Shown: piece after piece, positions 12,167 through 24,440 of the stretch
Numbering within the stretch: position 1 is the stretch's first letter
Layout of the letters: the number at the start of each line of letters is the position of its first letter
NCBI GenBank assembly: GCA_001179505.1
Contig: CDMY01000973.1
Coordinates: 62,001 to 126,000, forward strand
Direction: 5' to 3'
Length of the DNA: 64,000 nucleotides
Origin: Vitrella brassicaformis CCMP3155
Taxonomy: Eukaryota > Protista > Chromerida
Notes under the pieces: model-generated
Told to the model about the DNA's origin: nothing
Databases searched by the model: none
What the model saw: the letters and a program-made list of their open reading frames with translations, nothing else
Made by a program: the position numbers and the translations under genes

Positions 12167-13750
12167 TCACGGCAAGACGGCGTGTGAGGACTGCCTGGTG
12201 GAGGTCTCGTCCTCCCCGCCCCGCCTGTCCTTGACGGTGGCCATCCCCACCCCATGCGGCCCAGCGTGGGCCACAGGCCCGTAGCTGCCCATGACGCTCG
12301 ACGGCCACATGCTGCCCGAGGTGGCTGAGTAGAGGGGCTGCACTGACGCAGACGGCATCACGTTCCCGTACATCCCATGCTCCTGACAGACAACCATAGG
12401 CAGACGAAATAAGGCGAGTCATGTGGTCTGGCTTCCACTCGTTCTCACCATTTCAACGTCTTCAGGGTCCTTTGCAAGATGTCGATTGACCACGGGCTCG
12501 ATGGTGAAGGACCAGGCGACAGTGAGGATAATCGACAGCAGCACACTGACGGTGTACGCCAGCAGAAGGGGCGTCGCGAGGGTGAGAAACACGGGAAGGG
12601 GAAGGAAGTTGGTCACAAGGACTGATTGACCCACCCACCCACCCACACACACCAGTTCTCATCCATCCATCGAGGAATGTCGTTCCCTCGTGTCGCATAT
12701 GCGCACCTATGACGCCGCAAGCCGTCCATGAGTAGAAGAGCGTCCATGCCAGGCACGTGCTGCCGCCTTCAGGGTGGTACAGGTCCAGCAGCAGAAACGA
12801 CACCCCGTAAAGCAGCGACTGGAAACCGATCAGGCACTTGTAGGCGATGACGCTGGCAGGGTCAACACAAATAAACGAGGGAAGGAAGGAGGCATCCATC
12901 CATCCATCCACACACACAGCTAGGTGTGCTCGTCAGCGCTGTGTGTGCGCACCCGAAGGTGAAGAAGCCTCCCTGCAGAAAATGCGCGATGACCTCGTCC
13001 GGTGCTTTCAGATAATTGATCACACTCGTCCTGTCAAAAGAAACACACACACACACACGCACGCACACACCATGAAGCCAGCCAGCGGGACGGAGGCAGG
13101 TGAACACACATACCTACCATACTGCTAGGTTGATGAGGGTCCAGATGAAGTCCAACGTGGCGCCGGTATAGAGGAAATTGCCGCCGTACCGAAACAGCCG
13201 GTGCTGCGATGAGTACCACACGTCAGAAGTGATCTTCACCTGCGCGCACACACCAGACCCCACACAAACAGATGCCATGCTCCATGTCCTGTGACTTATT
13301 GATTGCCTACAGCAAAGCCGAGGATGAAGAGCGCCCCGAGCGCCCACATCAGCGCCGCAACATTGGATGCCATTCCGATGCTGCGCACCGCAGCAACGGC
13401 GAGTTTGATCTTCTCCTCGTAGGCCTTCTTGTCGACGGGCATGCCCCGCATGTCGGGCTGCTCGTGAAAGGCCTGGAAAATGGCGATGCCGCTGCTCGTC
13501 ATGAAGAGAAAGTTGGCCATGAAGCAGGCGCTGAGCTCGAGAAGGGCCCCGATGCGCAGGGTGTGCGCTGACAGCATGTCGATGAGGGCTATCATCACGC
13601 AAATCTGGCCAACACACAATCCAAAGGCTGCTTTGCTTGCTGGCTGCTTAGTGGTGGACACATATGTGTGTGGTCATTTGGTTGGCTTACGAAGGTGAGT
13701 CAGTCTTGCGCGCGTGTTGAAGGCTGAGTCTTCTGTGACTGCGCCGCTGC
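12167..13750 (-). CDS. Hypothetical multi-pass membrane protein; 5' end uncertain
   Basis: Five or more exons with consecutive hydrophobic helices (ICVMIALIDML, LLELSACFMANFLFM, VAALMWALGALFILGFA, LIGFQSLLYGVSFLLL, FLPLPVFLTLATPLLLAYTVSVLLSIILTVAW); polar tail ends SHAVLP*. Confidence 0.65.
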
Positions 13751-13864
13751 ACTACAGACGAAAGGCAGATACTGCTGTGCAAAGAAAGCTCAAAAATTGC
13801 GAGCTGGAAACACCTGCGAGCTTCAAGTTGTGAAGGGGCAGAGTTTCTGTGATGAATGTGATGA

Positions 13865-15619
13865 ATGGCGACTCAGGAGGCGACTCAGCAGCTTCTCTTC
13901 TCCCCCCGCAACATTCAAGGGCGAGAAGAAGGCATACCGACGATGACAGGGCAATGGTACGCTCATGAGGCCTGGCATGTGCATCAGTCCACAGGTTTGC
14001 ATGTCCTTGTGACGTTTGTGTGCAGGACTCCTCTCATCTTTTGCCTCCATCTTCACCGTCAGCCGGCCCTCGCTTGGCCCATGTGCAGGCCACCTCGACC
14101 ACGGCCGGCGCTCCCCCGGCGAACGTCGGGGAGCAGAAGACGAGGGCAGCAAAAAGGCTTATCAAACGGATGAAAATGGTATGTAACACACGACATGAAC
14201 CACTGCAGTGGGGCCCCACTTGCCTAAATATTATGTTCTCTCTGTGAACACAGGACATTCATCAGCTGGGTGTGTCATTGGGAGCGATTCCGAGGCCTCA
14301 TGCGCTGCCGCCCCCCTGCCCGCCGCCGTGTCCGCCCTCGCCGGTCCCATCCATGACAGCACCCTCTCCCCCGTCGTCCCTACCGTTCCCGTTCGATGAC
14401 GACGACGCATCGGAACAGGCGGAGCTACCAGCACCACAACCACCAGCACCTCCACTGCTGATTGGCGGCGCTGAGGGCTCCGAGAATGTCGCGCTGTTAC
14501 GGGCTGAGAGGGCCGCTGAGAGGTTCAGAGCCGCGAGTTCTGCGTCGTTCGAGAGTATGGGTGGCGGCCACGCTACTCAGATGCTGGATCTCGAGGTCGG
14601 CGTGGGCGTGACGGAGGGAGAGCAGGAGGCGGCGGGAGACGGTGGAGGGGTGCGGCGGGGCAGTGTGGGCGTGCAAACTGATGAGGACAGACCACAAAGC
14701 GATAGTGCGACTGACAGGTCGGCTCTCGTGATTGATTGTTTCATCGTGCCGGCATGTATGGTCTTGGATTTGCTGTTGCGTCTTCAGGCGGCTTTCGCGA
14801 GGGAGAGCCTCCACAGTGGAGGAGCTGCGAGGCCTTCTCATCAGGGTTAGGAGATCAAAATTGGATCATCCTTCAGGTGCTTGCTGTACATGTGCGGCCG
14901 TGTGACACACAGGTCAATCAGTGCCTGTCGCGGGGGCTGCCATGCCGTGGTGCCGATGATCTGACAGATCTGGTCAAGCGCCTTCATCGCACCACGTCCA
15001 CCATCCTAGACACAGCCCCCTCTCCCCTATCGCCCTACACAACCGCCCTCACCCCCTCTCTGAGCTACCGGATGGAGCCGCAGCAGTCGCCACAACACTC
15101 ACGTAAGACCGACCAGACGCACACAAGAGAGGCCTTAGCAGACTTTTCGTGTGTGTGCAGTCGTCCCGTTGGGTCGGTGGCTGGAGCGTGGGCGGGGCGC
15201 GAGGGAGGCCAGGCAGGTGGAGGAAGACGACATAGAGAGCCGGTCGGAGATCTCCATCGACTTCCTCGCAAACGACGATGCCAAGTCAGCACAAGAGAGA
15301 CGTACACACATACAGCCAGACGAGCGCATATCCTTCTTGTTCCTTCAGGGGCCTGCGGTCGCGCATTCACTCTTCCCCAGAGCGGCCCTCCTCGTCCCAC
15401 TCGTATGTGCCGGTGGCCCCGCCCAGCAGCTCTTTGGTCCGGGGCGGCTCCTTCGCTTCAGCAATGAGCGGCCCATCGGAATTGTCCGAGTCCCGCCGCA
15501 AGTGGGTAATGGGCGGTGTGAGCGGGGTGTGGTCGTGGGTGCGGACCAACATGCAATGCGCTAGACGGTACAGGGGCAATGCGATGGAGAGGGGAGAGAG
15601 CGCCGAGGGCAAGCCTTAG
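13865..15619 (+). CDS. Hypothetical low-complexity Pro/Ser/acidic protein, multi-exon
   Basis: ORF segments at 13865, 14272-14700, 14850-15110 and 15278-15619 bounded by plausible GT/AG sites; no domain recognised. Confidence 0.45.
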
Positions 15620-16035
15620 TTTGGGGTCGGCCGGTCGGTCGATGGGAGAGAGAGTCGTTTATTGCTTATTTGTCTTGCTTCCTTTCCTTCTGCTTGCTTC
15701 ATTCTCCATCCATCATTGCTGTCTGGTTGGGGATTGCTTGTGCATAGCCAGATGCATGTGTGTCGTGCGTGTCAGTGTGATGTTAACCAGATGGGTATGC
15801 ACGTCGGCACGTGTCTCTGTCTGTCTGTGTACAGTACAGTGAGTAGTCAGCCATGTTGACCATGTGGTGTACAGTGCATTCATTCCTCCGTCTTGCAGTC
15901 AGTATTGTCGAGCGATGTACGACCAAAAAGGATGCAGCCAACGACAGACAAAGAAGGGCCATTCACCCCAACTCCCAATCACTCCATGCACCCACGACAC
16001 ACTTCCGCACTTCCGCGCCATCCTGTGTCCACCCT

Positions 16036-16272
16036 TCAGCACCTTGCGCAACATGCAGGATCAGGGGGCCACTTCAAGCCGAGACAGATGCACCCGCGGC
16101 ATGCGCGAGCGGCCGTCGCGCGAAGGGCAGCGCCGGGAGTCTCTTGTGCTGGAGCGGAACCGAAGACGGAAGTGACGCGCGCCATCTCTTCGGTATCTTG
16201 CGATCTCTGGGCGTGCCCGAGAGCACTGATGGTGAGGAGAACCAGAACGAAGAGTGCCTTGCGACCTGACAT
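16036..16272 (-). CDS. Possible small secreted Cys-tailed peptide
   Basis: MSGRKALFVLVLLTISALGHA reads as a signal peptide; C-terminus ACRGCICLGLKWPPDPACCARC*. Confidence 0.3.
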   Translation of the reverse strand: MSGRKALFVLVLLTISALGHAQRSQDTEEMARVTSVFGSAPAQETPGAALRATAARACRGCICLGLKWPPDPACCARC

Positions 16273-16344
16273 GACGAACGGCGCTCTCCAAGTGGGGGCC
16301 GGATGGGGGTCTGCCGTCTCGGCAGATCTCTGACTGAGTGAGAG

Positions 16345-16566
16345 ATGTGCCTCCATACATCCATCGTCCTTGTCGCCGCGTTGGCCCTTGCTCCTGCCTC
16401 TGCGAACCGCATCCAGAGCAGTGAGACAAAGTCGTATACGACTGCCGCGCCCTTCCGCCTGAATCCTGTGACGCGGTCAGGCGAACACTCATCATGCCAG
16501 AGGGCAGGACGGGACGGGGCAGATGATCGATCATTGAATATACAAGCCTTTTCACAGCTCACATAA
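16345..16566 (+). CDS. Possible small secreted peptide
   Basis: MCLHTSIVLVAALALAPASA reads as a signal peptide with an ASA cleavage site; 73-aa ORF. Confidence 0.3.
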   Translation: MCLHTSIVLVAALALAPASANRIQSSETKSYTTAAPFRLNPVTRSGEHSSCQRAGRDGADDRSLNIQAFSQLT

Positions 16567-16676
16567 AATGAATTGACATGAGCCCGCTCACATCATGGCA
16601 CAGCCAGGAAAACTGCACAACTGACCACACACAAAGAAGCGACATTCCAGGTGTCATGCTACACACACAAACACGC

Positions 16677-17961
16677 CTAGAGCTTGCTGCATGGCCACGG
16701 CTGTCTGCAGTCCTCCTGCCATATCGTCTTCATATAGCGCGGCACCTCAGCGGCTGAAAACAAAGACTTGAGGCGCATTTTGGGGCTGGGGGACGTGTCA
16801 ACAGAAGCAGTGCCGCTCTCTTCCTCTGCCGGCACGGCGAGAGCCGCCAGCTGGAAGTGGATGTCGTCCTGATAGAAGAGGAGCATGTAGTGCTCGCGTG
16901 TCGTGTCGCTGTCGAGCCGGTAGTTGTATACCCGCCCCGTCTGCTGCGATAGAATGATGAAGCCGACATCCAGCACGTCCTCAAGCAGCTCTGCATGGAT
17001 GATGCAAACCACAAGACAGGCAGACACAAGAAAGCTGATGAGAATGCTCGCCCGAATTGTGTACCCACGTGTGTGCCTGGTCTCACCGAGGTCGACTGCC
17101 GTTCCCCAGTGGCTGTTGCCGCATTGGGACAGCTCATGTTCCACCGCATCTGCCTTCTGCGCCATCGTTGACGTATCCCATATCACGCCTGGCAACACAC
17201 CACACACAGAACACATACGTAGACAGATCAGCCGCTCACATGGCCTCGCGCACAGTTGTCTGCTTGTGTACCTTTGGTATCGACGTATGCGTCCTGTTCC
17301 ATGATCGCCGATGGACTCCATTCATCAGGCCACTGCTCGCCACTCGCCTCCAATGCCACGAAGGCGTCCATGCGCTCTCTGAAGAGCTTCTCGTCATACT
17401 CGCCACCTTCTCTGCGTCCCACAAACGCACGCGCGACGATGCGCCTCAATTTTGGGACCGTGTAGGGGCTGCCGTCGGTGTCAACAAGCCCGCCAGACGC
17501 CAGGCCTTCGGCGATAGAATAGAACAGACAATCACCACCTCCACCAGTCTCCTGAAACAACATCAAGAAGCAGACGCGGTGACATGAGAGATCAGGTGCA
17601 GGTGCAGACGAACACATGTGTTCGTCTGTTCTCTTCTCTGCCTGCGTGCATTCACCTTTCGACAGATGGTTTGGTCGTTGTCGGCATTCCTCTGGCGCCA
17701 CCGGGATGGCATCTCTTCCCACTCCCTACCAAACGACCTGCAGCCAGACGTTCTGCCTACACCAAGCACCTCGAGGGCGCTGCGCCATGATCCGACGCCG
17801 CCACCGCGCACGACGAAGACGTTGGCTCTCCGCAATGGATGGTTCATGTGGCTGATTACTGTGACCCTTCTGTCAGCCTCTCGCCGCCTCTGCGACAATG
17901 AAAGTGCGGCCGCAGAGAGGACATAAGCCATAATGGACGGGACCAGGCAGGATGGCGACAT
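16677..17961 (-). CDS. OTU-family cysteine protease/deubiquitinase with N-terminal extension, multi-exon
   Basis: Cys box ETGGGGDCLFYSIAEGL, KLRRIVARAF helix, GNSHWGT and His box LLFYQDDIHFQ; ends PCSKL* at 16677. Confidence 0.85.
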
Positions 17962-18474
17962 CGAGAGAGGAGGTTCCGAGAGGGTGTTTCACAAAAGCTC
18001 GCAGACTCATTCGGCGAGAATGACGAGACAGGCCAAAACGAGATGAAATCTTTCGCTTTTATCCTCGCGTCCTGCCTCCTCACACCTTCCCAGTCCTGCT
18101 CTCGTTTGGCTTATCCTCTCCTCTGCCTCCGCTGCCCTGTCTGTTACCGCCATGGCTGTCTCCACGGCAGAGCACGCAGACAACGACCACGAGGGAGAGC
18201 GGAGAGGAGTGCGACTGTCCCTGTCCCTTTGGCGGTGTGTTTAGGGAGGACGACCTCCTTTCCCTTCGCCGTCCTCTCTCTTACCTCTTACAGCGCGGTC
18301 ACGACGGAGACGGGAGCATTTCCAATTGAGCATTTCTTCTCTATCTGTTCTTCGAATTCGTCGTTTTTTCGTCTCCCTTCGTTCCCTTGCAGCATCCCCG
18401 GGTTCCCTTCTCCCGAAAGAACTGCCCAAAGTCAAAGAAGGCCTCCACAGTGCAAGAAACGTCTGTGAGGGACG

Positions 18475-19752
18475 ATGCCGTTTCACTACCCAAACCCACT
18501 GGGGCGGCTCCGCCTCGGCTGCAAGCGTTATGGTTTCGTGTCGACCAAGGGAGAGGGCAGCGACGGGCGTGCAGACATCGTCGAAGAAGCGGGCGGCCAG
18601 AACAACCCCATCCTGCTCAAGTGGACGAGAGACGGCGATGGGTGTGTGTTCCAAGAAGCCATCAAGACGGAGCGCATCTGCTCGGACGCCGCCGACACGG
18701 GCGTCGTCCCGAAGTTCCACGGCAAGACGGCCTTCCGTCTGCAGCCGGACGCCCAGAACCCCCACAACAAATGGGGTGTCGGCTTCGGCGTCGAGCTCGG
18801 CCAGGGATGCGCCGCAAGTCGGGTGCAAGACGCCGGGCAGTCCATGCGCGGCAACCTCCTCCTATACAGGGAAATGGTACGTACCTACTTACAAACACAC
18901 AGACACGGATGGATTCATTCATTGCATGCCTGAGCGAGCGAGTGGCGGGCGGGAGCCAAAGGCAGACAGACAGACAGGCAGACGTATACACATATTTATT
19001 ATCATAGGGTCTGTCTGTCTGTTTCTGTGTGTGTAGGTACATGCGTTGAAGACACTGCACAGCAGCGGATGGATGCACGGCGACTGCAAACTTACCAACG
19101 GTAATTGCGAGCGAAGTCCACTCATAAGGAAATAACACATGGCTGCATGGGGCTGGCATATACGCTGTGTTCCTTCTCTCTTTGTGTGTGTCTCTGTCTG
19201 TGTATTTGCTCAGCCGTGGTGCCCATGGATGGGCTGCTGCGTCTCATGCTCATCGATTTCAACAGAGCCAAGAGACTGCAGGAGATCGCAGCGGCCGCTA
19301 ACATCGAGCCGCAGACCGTCGGCCGGTCGGAGTCGATCACGGGAGCGTTCGCCTACTGCTCGTCGTGGGCGCGCTCAGGGGCAAGGAGACCGGCGCAACT
19401 AGAAGAAGTAAGCAAGGAACCGAGAGAGACGATGCTTACTCCACTTGGTTGGTTCAGGGATCGCTGCCTGCATTTTATATCTGACGACCTCTTACTTATC
19501 CGCCACTGCAGCAACACGACATTCAAGTACGATTGGAGAGCAACTCGTGACGTCTCTGCATTTCATTCCTCCCTGTCCTGTCAGATCGCCGTCGGCAGTC
19601 AACACCGCATGATAGCGAATTGGCTTCAGCAGGCGCCTCAGGTCAGCCTGCCACTGCAGCGGCTGCCGCTGAGCAAGTTGAGGCCGACGGAGCGGCCACA
19701 CAGGGGATGGATGTCATTGCGAGGCCGCGGCATCCCCTCATGCGATCTGTAG
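18475..19752 (+). CDS. Divergent CK1-like protein kinase domain (kinase A); C-lobe appears truncated; may be the 5' part of a longer gene
   Basis: Exons give ILLKW..FQE, LKTLHSSGWMHGDCKLTN (catalytic loop), LMLIDFNRA (DFG-like) and SITGAFAYCSSWA (compare CK1 LTGTARYAS). No clear subdomains IX-XI follow. Confidence 0.65.
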
Positions 19753-22040
19753 ATGATGATATGGACGACGGCACAGACGAAGAGGAGGATGACGGCCCTT
19801 TGGAGGGCGGCTTCTTCACGTTGCCAGAGCCGGCCATTCCGCCCATGGAGATTGCCCTGCACGTCGACCTCGCCTCGGCAGTGGAGCTTCCCGAGGACGA
19901 CCCCATGGTGCAGGCCAGCACCGAGGAACACGATCAGGTTGAAGACCCCGAGCGACGGTACGTTCACATCACTTGAACAAATAAGCTGATGCCGATTGAT
20001 ACAGAGAGCGCATGCATGCATCCATTCGCCATCTATATTATTGTGTGCCTGGGTGCTCTTTCTCTCTTTCTCTGACAGAGACAGCAGCTGCGTCCCGTTC
20101 AGCACTCAGTGCATTCAAACATCTCTCTCTCTCTCTCCCTCTCTCTCTCTCTCTCTGGCTCTCTTTAGGCATTACAAGCGACTGGGTCTGCCCCTCCCCG
20201 AGGAGGAGCAGGAGCAACTCGACTTCTTCACATGTGACACTCACCAAGACATCTGGCCTGACCAGCTGGATCGCATTCGACACATATTCGGTATGCACAC
20301 AAGGTCAAGCCCACAAAACGCTACGGACGGTTCGTTGTCAATGGTCCTGGCTGCTCTTCAAATCCTGTATTCCATTCAATGGCAGACACGTTGGAAGTCG
20401 TCGAGGAGGTCTCTGCCGAGGCCGTGGAGGAGCGGTTCAAGCCGGACTTCTTCACCAAGACCTACGACCACCCGGTCGAAGGCGTGCTGCAGGCCATGCA
20501 GAGGGGAGTGGAGAGGGGACGAGCACGATGCAATCATGACATCGAGGTACACACAAATCATTCAACACACATCCACAAATGCCCCCCTGTCTCTTCTCTC
20601 TCTCTCTGTGCTGTCTGTCTGTATGTGGGTGTCTGTCTGTGTGTGTCTGCAGGCTGGTCTGGTTTGCTGCGCATCGCTGCTGGAGGGCAAGGAGGAGTTC
20701 ATGAAGGTGGTGGGGCTCAGCGTCGCGCACAGGGAGGCCATATGGGAGTGGCCACTGAATACTTCTGAAGGCACGTGATGAAAGACACACGGCTCACCGG
20801 TGAAATCCACTTGGTTGGTTCAGGGATCGCTGCCTGCATTCTATATTCGACGGATTCTTACTTGTCGACTACTGCGCCAAGACGACCACTTCATTCGCGC
20901 CTTCACCAAGGGCTCTTCTTGTCATGACGGACACTTGACACATGTCCCTTTTGTCTGGTCTCTCAGCTCAGCGAGAGAAGCTGACGGGATCGTTGCCGGC
21001 CTTCGCCGCGAAGGTGCGTAAGGAAGATAGAACAAGGAGGATAATGCATCAATTTGTTCATGTCTCCCATGTGTTTCCTCTGTTCCTCTACGCATACTCG
21101 GCCGCGTCGACAGCCGTCTAGTGGTCGACCAACTGCAGACCCGCCACACCCTTACAGGGGCGAGAGACAGAGAGGGGGAGAGGGAGCCAGCTATGCACAC
21201 TGTGTGCAGTGTGTGTGGTTAGGCCAGCTACACTGCTGCCAACAGTGGTCGACGATGGCGCCGGAGCGCGTCGACGAGTTGCAGTACATCAAGCAGCGTC
21301 AAGCGGGCAGACGTCGGACGCATGGATTGCATGCAAACACGTGTGCGTGTCTGTATTCTGTCGCCCTGGCTGCCTGCAGGACCCAACTGCGCCTCAGTCT
21401 GTCCACCTCGACCACATTCAGCGCCCTCCTGGACGACTAGGCCCTGAAGGAGGGAAACACGCATGGCCACTGCAGGCACACGCCTGACTGCAGTGTTTGT
21501 TGGGTGCTCTCCCTGTGCTGTCTGTCTGCGTGTCTGGTCATGCAGAAGTTGGCGAGGACTGAGAGGCGCGCGGAGGAGAAGGCTCGAGCGGATGCTCTGA
21601 CCGCTGAGCTCAAGGCCGTCAAGGAGGCTGCCAAGACGCAGGCCACCCTGGTCAGTGACACAACAAGAACCTCCATCCGTCCACACACACACACACACAT
21701 CCATGCTGGCCTCCATCTATCTGTGTGTGTGCGGGTGTCGCCTTGACTCGTTGGTTTGTTCAGCTCAAGTCGGTTCGGGTGTGCGAAGCGAGGGCCAGCA
21801 GGGCCGCCAACGAACACGACCTGGACAAGTACAAACTGGAGCTGGCCAACCGGCTGCTTCAGGTATGTATGTATGTATGTTGTCAAGGCCACGCCAGGGC
21901 ACACACATGTTGTTTGTTCTGGGTCTGCTGGTGGGGTCTGTTGTCAGCCCCAGGGGCAGCAGCAGCCCCACCAGCATCGAGGCCAAGAGAACCAGCAGCC
22001 CCAACAACAGACCCTCACCAAAGACAACACAGCTAAAAGC
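19586..22040 (+). CDS. Exons encoding acidic and coiled-coil segments (module C) between kinase A and kinase K1
   Basis: DDDMDDGTDEEEDDG; MADTLEVVEEVSAEAVEERFKPDFF; heptad-rich KLARTERRAEEKARADALTAELKAVKEAAK and HDLDKYKLELANRLLQ. Confidence 0.5.
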
Positions 22041-23822
22041 GCAAGCGCGGCACGCGGCTCAAGGCCGAGGCCGATGCTCTCGCTGCCAAGGCCAAGGGAT
22101 ACCTCACGCGCCGCACCAACAACCGACAGCAATGGATGTGCCGACAGCCCCACCGGCTGGGCGAGGGCTCCCGTGCCATCGTCAGGGCGGGCCTGGTGAA
22201 TGGGGAATGGCGGGCATTCAAAATCGCCGTCTTTGACGGCACCAACACCAAGTGGCGCGTCGCCCTGAGGGAGATGGAGGTGGAGAGGCAGCGCATGGCC
22301 ATGGTCCAGGCCAACAGGGAGAGGGAGGGGAAGGAGCTGCAGCCCTTTCTGCGGCTGTATGACGCCGCCACCAGCCTCGAGGACAAGGCGGCCTACCAGG
22401 AGTCGGCTGGTGCGCCGCCGAAGCCCTGTGTGTACATAGAGATGCAGCCACTCAACGGTGAGCAGACAATGAGGGGAAATGCACTAGATGCACTCATTCA
22501 CGGCTGCTTTCTTTGTCTTGTCTTGATTCGTCAGAGCCCCTAGGGCCACAGAGGTACGTCAGCCTCAAGGAGCTGATTTGGGATATGGGGTGCAACACGG
22601 CGGCCATAGGCCGTAACCCGCGAGGCGGCCCCAAGCTCCGCCTTCTCTCGGTCAAGTACCTCGTGCGGGCGTTCGCGTGGGCGGCGAGCACCCTGCGCAC
22701 AGCCCTCGAGGAGGACGGGCTTAGTTTGCCTGGACCACTGCGCCAAGAACATCTACGTCAACAAATACAAGCTCGAAAGGCAGGAGCAGCCCGACGCCTT
22801 CCTCATCGACCTCGCCAACACGGCGCTCGTCAAGCCCCCTGGCCCCTGCATGCACTCTGCCGACGGCACCGTCCCCACCCCTCCCTGTCCCCACGCCGCA
22901 CTCATCCCCGTCCGCAAGGCCGCCCAAAGAGAGGAGCAGCAGCTGCCCACCTACACCTGCTTCCACGCTGCGCCAGAGCAGTTGCTGTTCAACACGGAGC
23001 AGCTCGTCAGAGACGGCACACAAGAGGACATCGCCAAGTGGGGCGGCGAGACCCTCGAGCAGGGGCCGGTCAAGTGGGGTCACATTTGGGACAGACAGGT
23101 GTTGCTGCGGGCAGGGCTGCGGGAGCAGCAGCAGCTGGTGGGCGAGGGGCCGATGCTGGGGCTCTGGATGACGGACAGGACGCCGTCATTCAAGCTCGGC
23201 TGCAGCCTGTACAATGCCCTGCGCGGCGAGCTGTTCATCGAGAAGCTCGAGCGGGAGGACGGCAACTGGCCAGCGGAGCCACAGCCGCCGAAGGAGCCGC
23301 CCCAGGACGCCGCCGAGGACGCCAAGGCCGCCTATCAGCAGCAGAGGGCCGCGTACGAGAAGGCCAGGAAGGCCTACCAGCAGCACAGGAATGTGCAGCA
23401 GGCCATCATCGGCTACTGGTGGGCAGACCAGCGGCTGCGCGTGATGGACAGCAACGGCCACCCCATTGGCGGCAAGGAGGGGCTGTGGGAATGCAGGGAG
23501 GAGAGGGGGGCTGGAGTGGGTAGAGGGTGCCTTGAAGCGGCTGGACAGGATTAGGGAGGCGGCGACTCGGCCACTGCCCCTCGACAGGTGCAGTCTGGCC
23601 GAGCAAGAGCAGCAGCTGCGTAGCGTGGTTGCTGATTTGGAGAGCGTCGCCAAGGCGAAGGCGTCCGGCAGCAGCCCAGCAGCGGCGGCGTCTTTGTCAT
23701 CCACAGCCGCATCGCCCCAGGGCGCCCACTGCCCCGCACCACCCGCGTCGCCCGACACATCGCCAGCACCCGTAGTGGCCGCAGGCCGCCCAGAAGGCCA
23801 GAGAGAAGGTGAGCAATCATGA
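22036..23822 (+). pseudogene. Divergent protein kinase K1 interrupted by +1 frameshifts (pseudogene, assembly error or recoding)
   Basis: RLGEGSRAIVRAG, AFKIA, EMEVE, VCLDHCAKNIYV, FLIDLAN, FHAAPEQL. Alignment to intact paralog K2 needs removal of one base at 22720-22726 and one at 23505-23510; joining to the upstream exon needs another at 22035-22038. Confidence 0.8.
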
Positions 23823-23939
23823 GCGACAAGTACGTAGCCCATTGTTCTCTCCCCCTTGTGTCACTCAGACGACTCGATCGCTGCTTACATTTTATATTTG
23901 TGGAGACCTATCAACCGTCAGCACATGATCTTCCCTCCC

Positions 23940-24440
23940 CAGAGGGAGAACCAGCATGCCGCCCCCGAGCAGGTTGCCCACCTGGTGAAGACAATCAAGG
24001 AGTGTGGCGATGCCCTCGAAAGGCCGGGTCTGAAGATGATTCAACAGGCCAAACTCGTCATTTAAGTTACCAGGCCGGGCGATGTGGATAGGGTGCTGAA
24101 GAGCGGCGCCGATGGTGCTGAAGAGTGCATCCATCAAGATGCTTGGGGAATCGACCAGCTCACCGTCACGAAGACATAAGACTTGAAGTGTCTCTGACGG
24201 TGCCGCGGGTGCCGAACATGCTCTGCTGCCCTAGTGTTTTTGGAGAGGGGGACTCCAGATTACCAAGGGAGTGAGACGTACACATGCAGAGCGAGACACA
24301 ACTCTCCCCCAACCATTCCTGTGTGTCCTTGGCGCATTCGAGGATGTGGGTGTCGTGTCTGCAGCAAATTCACCCGGCGGGGCTTCTGCATGGACTTCAC
24401 GAGTGCCAGTCGCTGCAGGATGAAGTACACGTACATATCA
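23940..24440 (+). pseudogene. Decayed kinase fragments: a K-type APE segment followed by an H-type catalytic-loop remnant
   Basis: HAAPEQVAHLVKTIKE..ALERPG matches K2 HAAPEQLAFLVQTLKE..AIERPG; FLERGTPDYQG/intron/QQIHPAGLLHG parallels 41430-41580. Confidence 0.55.

Noticed and set aside
20771-20781. GC-AG intron donor (GAAG/GCACGT) and box-C-like GTGATGA suggesting a snoRNA
   Set aside because: A GT donor lies 4 nt downstream, and the box C motif is not kept in the copies at 41700 or 19430, so neither claim is supported.
22035-22038. Euplotes-type AAA-TAR +1 frameshift signal
   Set aside because: The AAA codon is not followed by an in-frame stop, so the ciliate motif is absent.
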